Source of the DNA: Armatimonadota bacterium
GTDB taxonomy: Bacteria > Vulcanimicrobiota > JACPDS01 > JBDRKI01
Length of the DNA stretch: 14,248 bases
Direction of reading: 5' to 3'
Assembly (NCBI GenBank): GCA_043814095.1
Contig: JBDRKI010000026.1
Coordinates: 1 to 14,248 of the forward strand
Shown piece by piece: positions 1 through 6,875 of this stretch. The translations under genes were made by a program, and so were the position numbers. How positions within the stretch are numbered: the first letter of the stretch is position 1; each line of letters opens with the position of its first letter. Under the pieces are notes generated by a model. It saw only the letters and a list, made by a program, of their open reading frames with translations. It made no database searches and was not told the DNA's origin.

Positions 1-1
1 C

Positions 2-340
2 CGCAGGAAAAACATACTTATAAATGTTGTTGATGATGCGCAGTTAAGCTCATTTATAATGCCGGCGATAATAAAAAGCGGGGATTTGAATATAGGCATA
101 TCAACTTCGGGTAAAAGCCCGGCCCTCTCCCTGGCCTTAAAGCTGGAACTGGAAAAAACTTTTAAAAAAAGCTTTGGGAATATAATAATCGGCCTGGAGA
201 AATTAAGAAAGAAAAACAAAGGGAAGAGTTTCTGGAAAAAATTCTTTAATTATTCCGTAATCAAAGATTCTTCAAATAACTTTAAACTTACAAAAGAAAG
301 AATAAAAAATGGCAGTAGTATGTCTCGGGTTAAACCATAA
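2..340 (+). CDS. sirC: Precorrin-2 dehydrogenase/sirohydrochlorin ferrochelatase (SirC/Met8/CysG N-terminal type), 5'-truncated by the window edge
   Basis: The frame of ORF 59..340 is open back to position 2 and reads RRKNILINVVDDAQLSHFIMPAIIKSGDLNIGISTSGKSPALS, matching the family motif NVVD..xF..PA...G.L.I.IST.G.SP. It lies directly upstream of hemA and overlaps it by 32 bp. Confidence 0.88.
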   Translation, partial: RRKNILINVVDDAQLSSFIMPAIIKSGDLNIGISTSGKSPALSLALKLELEKTFKKSFGNIIIGLEKLRKKNKGKSFWKKFFNYSVIKDSSNNFKLTKERIKNGSSMSRVKP

Positions 341-1544
341 AACAGCGCCCATTAACATAAGGGAGCGCTTTGCATTAATAGAAACACAGGTTCTAGCCGC
401 ATTAAAAGCCCTGCTGGACCTTCCGGATATTAATGAAGCGGTTATACTATCTACCTGCAACAGAACCGAGATATATATACATACGGATAATATTAAAAAA
501 GGAAAGGATCAGCTTGACAGCTACCTTTTATTAATACATGGCATTACCGCAAAACATACAGACAAACATTTCTACTGCTTAACCGAAGACGGAGCAATTA
601 AACATCTTTTCGGAGTGGCTTCAGGTCTTGATTCCATGATTATAGGAGAAGGACAGATTCTGGGACAGGTAAAACAGGCCTTTGAATACTCAAAAAGATA
701 CGGCGCAAAAGGAGATTTCCTTAATAAATTATTCATGCACGCCATAAAAACCGGGAAAAAAGTACGCCATGAGACTGAAATATGCAGGGGGGCAAGCTCA
801 ATAAGCCTTGCCGCTGTTGATATTATAAAGAAAAGATTTAAAAACCTGTCTGAACTGAAAATACTTGTCATAGGCGCCGGAAAAATGGGATACCAGACTA
901 CCGAGTTCCTGTGTCAGAGCGGGGTAAGCTCTATTTTTCTCGCCAACCGCTCACACCATAAAGCGGCACAGGTAGCCGAAAAGATAAACGGCATCCCCGT
1001 AAAATACGAGGAACTGGTAGATACGATAAAAGAAGTTGATATAATAATATCTTCCACCTCTTCACCTCACTTTATCCTGACAAAAGATAAAATAAAGGCG
1101 GCACATTCTCTAAATAACCACCGTCCCTTATTTATAATAGACATTGCCGTACCCAGAGACGTGGATCCTGAAGTGAAAAATTTAAAAAACATAACATTAT
1201 ATAATATAGACGATCTGGGCAGGATTGTTAACGATACGCTTGATATGAGAGGCTCGGAAGCAGAGAAAGCAAAAAATATCATCAACCATGAATTCTTAAG
1301 CTTTATTCATTCGGTAAATATCCAGAAAACCGTGCCCCTTATACAGCATCTGCAGAATAAATACGAGGATGCTCTTTCCGAAGCACTCTGTAAAGTGCCG
1401 GAAGACAAAAAAGAAAAATTTCAGAAGTTCGGGAGAAATCTCATCGGAAAGCTCCTGCACAGCCCTATAATAAAAATAAAAAAGCTCGCAGATGACGAAG
1501 AATTCAGGGAAACTATTTCTTACATAAAAAAGATTTTTGATTAA
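309..1544 (+). CDS. hemA: Glutamyl-tRNA reductase
   Basis: GLNHKTAP..IRE start, catalytic STCNRTE, GLDSMIIGEGQILGQVK, Rossmann GAGKMG, DIAVPRD; 411 aa. Confidence 0.97.
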   Translation: MAVVCLGLNHKTAPINIRERFALIETQVLAALKALLDLPDINEAVILSTCNRTEIYIHTDNIKKGKDQLDSYLLLIHGITAKHTDKHFYCLTEDGAIKHLFGVASGLDSMIIGEGQILGQVKQAFEYSKRYGAKGDFLNKLFMHAIKTGKKVRHETEICRGASSISLAAVDIIKKRFKNLSELKILVIGAGKMGYQTTEFLCQSGVSSIFLANRSHHKAAQVAEKINGIPVKYEELVDTIKEVDIIISSTSSPHFILTKDKIKAAHSLNNHRPLFIIDIAVPRDVDPEVKNLKNITLYNIDDLGRIVNDTLDMRGSEAEKAKNIINHEFLSFIHSVNIQKTVPLIQHLQNKYEDALSEALCKVPEDKKEKFQKFGRNLIGKLLHSPIIKIKKLADDEEFRETISYIKKIFD

Positions 1545-1551
1545 AACCGCA

Positions 1552-2325
1552 TTAACTGTTTATAACGTTTATCATCTCTTTATGAATAAGCCCGTTGCTT
1601 GCCAGAATATCCCTGCCGCGTAAATCAAGCCTGCCGCCTTTAAAATCCGTAAAAATACCGCCCGCTTCTTTTACGATTAATATCCCAGCCGCGATATCCC
1701 ACGGATGAAGCCCCTCTTCCCAGAAGCCGTCAAACCTCCCGGCCGCAAGAGAAGCAAGATCATAAGCCGCCGCGCCGGCTCTTCTTACGGCCTGGGCGCG
1801 CATTACAAAATCTTTAAAAAGCTTTAAGACCTTATTTGATTTTTTATCTTTTATCCAGTAAGGAAATCCTGTGGCAAGCAGACTTTCCTTAATGCGCTTG
1901 ATTTTTGATACTCTCAGCCGTTTTTTGCCAAGATACGCACCTTCCCCTTTTGCGGCATAAAAAAGCTCGCCGATAACCGGCGCGTAAACAACACCGGTTA
2001 TCATCTCGTTTTCTTTCTGTAGTCCGATTGAGATGCAGAAAACAGGGAAATTATGCGCAAAATTGGTTGTCCCGTCTAAAGGATCAACAAACCACCTGTA
2101 ACCGCTGCCCGACTCAACAGACGTACCTTCCTCGCCTACAAGAGCGTGATCCGGAAATTCTCTCCTTATAATCTTAGAAATTATATCTTCGCTCTTTTTA
2201 TCAACTTCGGTAATAAGATCTATCTTGCCCTTATATGAAACTGTATGTTTTTTGCCGAAATGCCCTTTAAGATACTCCCCTGCGGAAAGAGCAGCATCCT
2301 TAGCGGTCTTAAGAAATTTTTTCAT
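1552..2325 (-). CDS. suhB: Inositol monophosphatase family protein (SuhB-like)
   Basis: GEE, WFVDPLDGTTNFAH, TGFPY, RRAGAAAYDL, WDIAAG motifs; GGAGG SD at 2335-2331. Confidence 0.92.
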   Translation of the reverse strand: MKKFLKTAKDAALSAGEYLKGHFGKKHTVSYKGKIDLITEVDKKSEDIISKIIRREFPDHALVGEEGTSVESGSGYRWFVDPLDGTTNFAHNFPVFCISIGLQKENEMITGVVYAPVIGELFYAAKGEGAYLGKKRLRVSKIKRIKESLLATGFPYWIKDKKSNKVLKLFKDFVMRAQAVRRAGAAAYDLASLAAGRFDGFWEEGLHPWDIAAGILIVKEAGGIFTDFKGGRLDLRGRDILASNGLIHKEMINVINS

Positions 2326-2330
2326 TTAAT

Positions 2331-2335
2331 CCTCC
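2331..2335 (-). promoter_or_regulatory. Shine-Dalgarno site of suhB
   Basis: GGAGG on the - strand, 5 nt upstream of the ATG at 2325. Confidence 0.8.
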
Positions 2336-2363
2336 GGTAGATTATAAAAATATTTCAATAGAT

Positions 2364-2394
2364 GAATAATTATACCTTTAAAGGAATAATTATT
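2364..2394. promoter_or_regulatory. Near-perfect 30-bp palindrome, candidate operator in the divergent suhB/antiporter intergenic region; contains a - strand TATAAT (2374-2369)
   Basis: 2365-2394 AATAATTATACCTTTAAAGGAATAATTATT matches its reverse complement at 28/30 positions. GAATAATTAT occurs as a direct repeat at 2364 and 2384. Confidence 0.55.
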
Positions 2395-2420
2395 GAAAAT
2401 GTGTAAATTTAAAAGCAGTT

Positions 2421-3638
2421 ATGAATAAAAACACAAAAAACATAATCATACTGCTGTATCTTTTTCTGGTCGCATTATGCCTTTTCGGAATAATATACTG
2501 CAATATTTTTAACGACACGCTTGTATTAACCGCATTAATAAGCTTCGCCACAATAATAGCGGCAGCACTTCTTATAGGGTGGGGAGCGGAAGCCGCACAG
2601 TTTATGATAAGCCAGGGGCTTGCGGTTGCGATAATAGCCCTCCTGCAGGTATTGCCTGAATTTTTCGTTGAAGCCGTGATAGCCTGGAGTAAAAACGTGG
2701 AGCTTATGCTCGCAAACTTCACCGGCTCAAACCGCCTCCTTATGGGGCTGGGGTGGCCGGCTATCTTTTTCATATATTACTACGTTCACTGCTTTAAATA
2801 TAAACGCAAACCAAAAAGAGAAATAGAGCTTAAAGAAGAACACAGTTTAGAAATTCTCGCCCTTTTTGCGGGAAGTTTATACTTTATAAAAATACTGCTT
2901 ACAAATAAAATAACACTCTTTGATTCTTTTATCTTCATTATAATATTTGCCTATTATTTCTGGTGCCTTTCAAAACTCTCCCCGGAGAAAGAAGAAAACA
3001 TAAAAGATCTTATACCCCCGCCAAGAATTCTTGCCGAAGTAAAAAACAAAACAAAAAGGGCTGTTTATGTGCTCGCAATATTTATACTCAGCGGGATAAC
3101 GCTAACCTTTATAGCACACCCATTCCTTGAAAGCATGAAAGCGATGGCGGTTCTTTGCGGCATATCCGCGTTTTTATTCGTTCAGTGGGTTGCGCCATTT
3201 TTAACCGAATTTCCTGAGAAGCTTACCTCTTTTTACTGGGCATCAAGAGTAAAACTCGCACCCATGGCTCTTTTAAACATGATATCGTCAAAGGTTAACC
3301 AGTGGACTCTCCTTATAGCCATGGTTCCCATTGTATATTCTCTCTCGTGCAGAAAGGCAATGTTCATACCGCTTAATACACATCTTAACCATGAAGTACT
3401 CCTTACCCTTATTATGACTTTCTACGGATCGGTGTGTCTTTTAAAATTTAAGTTCACCCGCGCGAATGCCTTTGTAATATTCTCACTGTGGTTTGTACAG
3501 TTCCTGATACCGGAAACAAGACTATCAACCGCGGCAGCTTTTTTATTCTTTACTCTTGTTGAAGTTATTATGCATTATAAAGATATGAGATTTATACCGG
3601 CATTAAAGAAAACTTTCGCGCATATATATAAACGCTAG
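2421..3638 (+). CDS. CaCA superfamily cation antiporter (Na+/Ca2+ exchanger, YrbG/COG0530-like, divergent subfamily)
   Basis: 405 aa polytopic membrane protein with two repeat halves: LQVLPE...ANFTGSNRLL and LTEFPE...NMISSKVNQWTLL, corresponding to the alpha-1 and alpha-2 repeats, separated by a charged central loop. Confidence 0.8.
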   Translation: MNKNTKNIIILLYLFLVALCLFGIIYCNIFNDTLVLTALISFATIIAAALLIGWGAEAAQFMISQGLAVAIIALLQVLPEFFVEAVIAWSKNVELMLANFTGSNRLLMGLGWPAIFFIYYYVHCFKYKRKPKREIELKEEHSLEILALFAGSLYFIKILLTNKITLFDSFIFIIIFAYYFWCLSKLSPEKEENIKDLIPPPRILAEVKNKTKRAVYVLAIFILSGITLTFIAHPFLESMKAMAVLCGISAFLFVQWVAPFLTEFPEKLTSFYWASRVKLAPMALLNMISSKVNQWTLLIAMVPIVYSLSCRKAMFIPLNTHLNHEVLLTLIMTFYGSVCLLKFKFTRANAFVIFSLWFVQFLIPETRLSTAAAFLFFTLVEVIMHYKDMRFIPALKKTFAHIYKR

Positions 3639-4843
3639 AAGTTTACGCTTCTGACTATAACGATGGGGGTCTGCTCGCTTGCGTTGCCCTGCGGGTTCTT
3701 TACAAGAGACCTCATAACCAGATTTTTATATTTATCATCCGATATCGCGAAAACATCAACTTTCCCTAGGTCATTAGCGTCAACCACTGCCGCGTCAATA
3801 CCTGTTTTCCGCTTTATCTCACTTACAACCCCGGAGCTGTCCCTGGGGCCCATAACAACGCATTTATCGTAAGGCGGGAGTGTACCGGAACAGTCATCAA
3901 TAGCGGCCACATCTTTACCGGCTATCCTGTAAAAATCCCCGCTGCGGCCTATAAATTTACCCAGAATACCCGTAAAAACAGCTAAAATAATCCTTACAGG
4001 CCCAACCTCGTTTATCGCCATCTGGAGTGCGTAAACAGAAGACATGGAAGAATTCTGATCAAAAAATTTATTTAAATTCCTCGCCCAGAAACCCGGAGTT
4101 ATATCGTCAACAAATCTAAACCTTCCCTGCATAATGGCAAGCGCTGTTTCCGCTATACATATTATATCGCCCGGGAAAGTTTTCGGTTTTACAAGTTTTT
4201 CAATAACATCAAAAATATCATCTTTCTCGGTTAAAAGATGGGTTTTTATTAAAACAACATTGTCCGGAACGTCTTTCACCTGAGCTTCCTTAGATGAAGG
4301 TTCATCATCCTGATGAAAAAGATCTATTTTTTTCTCAGAAACATCCGAAAGGTCAGCTTTTATTGTTTCCTGCCGGGAAACTACAGGATACCTGCAGTAA
4401 AATTTATATTCTATATCAATTTTTAACTCTTTAACCATGCTTATGAATTTTTCGGGGGTCTTACTCCCGAGAGGATACTTCACGGTAATCTCAAAATCCG
4501 TAAATTTGCCGGGTTTGATAATATATGTTTCCCAGTAGCCGTCAATTCTCAAATTTGAAAGATTGTTTACGCTAACATCGATATCGGGGCTCTCATAATC
4601 AAGCTCTAAATGCGGAAGACTTACCGAGCAGTCAATAAGAAGGCCCTGCTGGCTGCCCCTGTTTAGAAATCTGCCCCTTCCTCTTATGTATATATAATGA
4701 TCTTTAACGCGGTAGCATACGTCCTGGAGAATATCGGATTCTATACAGATATCACAATCGCCGACTTTTTTAAAGTAAAGTTTCACTAAGATCCATAAAA
4801 GAAATATAACAGCAAGCGCTGTTATTAAATACCAAACCGCCAT
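3635..4843 (-). CDS. Membrane-anchored protein: N-terminal TM helix, uncharacterised beta-rich domain and C-terminal CofE-like (F420-0:gamma-glutamyl ligase fold) domain
   Basis: Residues ~3-23 are hydrophobic. The C-terminal ~205 aa has IKTH, GDIICIAE...AIMQG, AIDD, GPRD, AVVDANDLG and GNASEQTPIVIVR, which parallel CofE motifs. AAGGA SD upstream. Confidence 0.75.
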   Translation of the reverse strand: MAVWYLITALAVIFLLWILVKLYFKKVGDCDICIESDILQDVCYRVKDHYIYIRGRGRFLNRGSQQGLLIDCSVSLPHLELDYESPDIDVSVNNLSNLRIDGYWETYIIKPGKFTDFEITVKYPLGSKTPEKFISMVKELKIDIEYKFYCRYPVVSRQETIKADLSDVSEKKIDLFHQDDEPSSKEAQVKDVPDNVVLIKTHLLTEKDDIFDVIEKLVKPKTFPGDIICIAETALAIMQGRFRFVDDITPGFWARNLNKFFDQNSSMSSVYALQMAINEVGPVRIILAVFTGILGKFIGRSGDFYRIAGKDVAAIDDCSGTLPPYDKCVVMGPRDSSGVVSEIKRKTGIDAAVVDANDLGKVDVFAISDDKYKNLVMRSLVKNPQGNASEQTPIVIVRSVNF

Positions 4844-4855
4844 GCTTTATCCTTA

Positions 4856-4884
4856 TTTATAATACCTTATTTACACAGAAGCAA
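4856..4884 (-). promoter_or_regulatory. Possible internal sigma70-type promoter for the CofE-like gene
   Basis: - strand TTGCTT (4884-4879), 17 bp spacer, TATAAA (4861-4856) in the 57-bp gap, overlapped by a TAAATAAGG direct repeat. Confidence 0.3.
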
Positions 4885-4900
4885 AAAAGTATTTTTAAGA

Positions 4901-5371
4901 TTATTTGCCTTTAATTAAGACATCGTGTCTTTCTTCTATTTCTTTAATTACGTTTAATCTTCTCTCGTGTCGCCCGCCTTCAAACGGGGTATTAAGCCAT
5001 GTTTTAACAATCTCGCGCGCAACAAGAGGAGTGGTTAGGCGCTCGCCGAGAGTAAGAACATTGGCATTATTATGCGCGGCGGCGTAATAAGCGCCTATGG
5101 TATTGTATGCCGCGACGGCGCGTATGCCGTCAATTTTGTTAGCGGCTATTGCCGTACCCGCGCCGGTACCGCAGGTTATTATCCCGCGGGAGGCGTCTCC
5201 CGAATTAATCACTTTTATAGCTTTTATAACGTAATCGGGATAATCAACTGAAGTAGTGGGAGAATTTACCCCTACATCTATAACTTCATAACCGTTTTCC
5301 TTAAGATATTCTTTAATCTCTTCTTTTAAATGATATCCTGCATGATCTGCCGCCATAACTATCTTTTCCAT
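4901..5371 (-). CDS. rpiB: Ribose-5-phosphate isomerase B
   Basis: DHAG, DYPD, catalytic CGTG, AANK..GIRA, HNNANVL.LG, FEGGRH.RR; GGAGGT SD at 5382-5377. Confidence 0.95.
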   Translation of the reverse strand: MEKIVMAADHAGYHLKEEIKEYLKENGYEVIDVGVNSPTTSVDYPDYVIKAIKVINSGDASRGIITCGTGAGTAIAANKIDGIRAVAAYNTIGAYYAAAHNNANVLTLGERLTTPLVAREIVKTWLNTPFEGGRHERRLNVIKEIEERHDVLIKGK

Positions 5372-5387
5372 ATTTTACCTCCAAAAA

Positions 5388-5846
5388 TTATTTAATCTTA
5401 TTCTTAAAAAGGTTTTCAAATACCTTCTTTAAGGACTCTTCTATTATTAACGCGCACTGCCGGTAAACTTCAAGCGGCTCGCCTATAGGATCAAAAATAT
5501 CCTCATTTTCTTTTAAAACCAGAATTTTTTCAGATGAAGCGGGGTATCTGTTTTTAAGAATATCGCTATGATTCTTTGTCATGCAGTAAATTATGTCCGC
5601 TGAATCAATTATATTTTCATCTGTCTGCCTTGACCTGTGTTTGCTTAAATCAAGACCTTTCATCCTCATGACTTCAACGGCTTCAGAAGCCGCGGGAAAC
5701 CCGGGCATAGCGGATGTGCCCGCAGAAGAAATTTTTATCTCTTCCCCCGTCTCGCCCGTCATACCCTTAAACATTGCTTCAGCCATAGGGCTTCTGCAGG
5801 TATTTCCCGTACATACAAATAATATATTTTTATGTTTATTACTCAT
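5388..5846 (-). CDS. ywlE: Low-molecular-weight protein phosphatase, YwlE-type protein-arginine phosphatase
   Basis: P-loop ILFVCTGNTCRSPMAE, SAGT, general-acid DPIG; sua5-ywlE-rpiB synteny as in Bacillus ywlC-ywlE-ywlF. Confidence 0.82.
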   Translation of the reverse strand: MSNKHKNILFVCTGNTCRSPMAEAMFKGMTGETGEEIKISSAGTSAMPGFPAASEAVEVMRMKGLDLSKHRSRQTDENIIDSADIIYCMTKNHSDILKNRYPASSEKILVLKENEDIFDPIGEPLEVYRQCALIIEESLKKVFENLFKNKIK

Positions 5847-5849
5847 ATC

Positions 5850-6875
5850 TTATCTGGCCTGAACCACCTCATTGGCAACTTTCCTTAATTTATCCATCAC
5901 AACCGCACCTATATTGGCGGGCAGTATGCCCTCTATGATTATAAGGTCGGCGGCTTTTGTTTCTATTGTTCTTAATACACTGAATATATTCTTGGCTATA
6001 ACTTCAAAACTCGTTATCGTGCCCATTTTTATAACTTTCTGGTCTTCAAACTGCTGGGCTGACTCATCTGTCAGAACCAGAAGCACTTTTTTGTCTTTAT
6101 TGGCATCTACAATGTCTTTTATCTTCAGAATTATGGTCCTTGTATAACCCTCAACAAGTATAATTCTGCCTTCGGGCTTAAATTCCGGAAACCCGGCTTC
6201 TTTCTCGTTGTTTATTGAAAGGACAGGCCTTATACCGGTAAGCTGGTGTATCTGTTCCGCGGATACAAACCCCATCCTTAAAATTCTCGGGGTGGCCGTA
6301 CTTACGTCTAATATTGTGGATTCCACGCCTATCGGCTCCTGATCCGTGTCAACAAGAGCGTCAATCTGTTCCTTGGGCGGGGCAAAAGAAGCAAGCACGT
6401 GTTCGGGTCTTGTGGGAGAAAGCTCTCCCGAAATATTCGCACTGCTTCCGGCAACAGGTATGCCGGATCTTTTTATTATCTCCAGGGTTACTTCATTTGC
6501 CGGTATTCTTACACCGACTTTCTTTGAACTGCCGGTTACGCTGTCAGGAACTCTTTTCTGCTTCTTGAAAAGAAGCATTATCGGGCCGGGCATCGTTTTA
6601 TTTATAAGCTTTTCAGTATATTCCGGTATTTCTAAAACCAGACTCCTTATATCTTCCGGGCTTGCCAGATGATATGCCAGGGCTTTCTGGAGGCTTCTTT
6701 CTTTTATTTTAAAGAGCCTGTTTACAGCGTCTTTATCAAGAGCGTTAACAAAAAGCCCGTAAACCGTCTCCGTAGGCATTGCTATAATAGCGCCGTTTTT
6801 AAGCTCCTTAGCAACAGCATTTATCTTTTTATCATCTTTTACGCTTTTAATTTTGTAATACTTTAGTTTGTTCAT
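5850..6875 (-). CDS. sua5: L-threonylcarbamoyladenylate synthase with Sua5 architecture (YrdC domain plus SUA5 domain), divergent
   Basis: PTETVYGL, KxR, PGP, VGVRIP, SANISG, GVESTILD; C-terminal SUA5 domain ending IGAVVMDKLRKVA; overlaps the end of proS by 29 bp. Confidence 0.9.
   Translation of the reverse strand: MNKLKYYKIKSVKDDKKINAVAKELKNGAIIAMPTETVYGLFVNALDKDAVNRLFKIKERSLQKALAYHLASPEDIRSLVLEIPEYTEKLINKTMPGPIMLLFKKQKRVPDSVTGSSKKVGVRIPANEVTLEIIKRSGIPVAGSSANISGELSPTRPEHVLASFAPPKEQIDALVDTDQEPIGVESTILDVSTATPRILRMGFVSAEQIHQLTGIRPVLSINNEKEAGFPEFKPEGRIILVEGYTRTIILKIKDIVDANKDKKVLLVLTDESAQQFEDQKVIKMGTITSFEVIAKNIFSVLRTIETKAADLIIIEGILPANIGAVVMDKLRKVANEVVQAR

Noticed and set aside
59..340. 93-aa ORF treated as a complete gene or a pseudogene
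   Set aside because: The frame is open to the window edge with continued SirC similarity, so the ATG at 59 is internal.
2365..2394. Palindrome as an intrinsic terminator
   Set aside because: It lies between divergent gene starts, is very AT-rich and has no following U-tract.
3635..4843. Naming the gene cofE and inferring F420 biosynthesis
   Set aside because: The TM anchor, extra domain and lack of nearby F420 genes support fold homology only.
5060..5175. RpiB deviations (CGTGAGTA, AAAHNN instead of the usual CGTGIGMS, xREHN)
   Set aside because: The catalytic Cys and the phosphate-binding His/Arg motifs are intact, so there is too little evidence for altered function.
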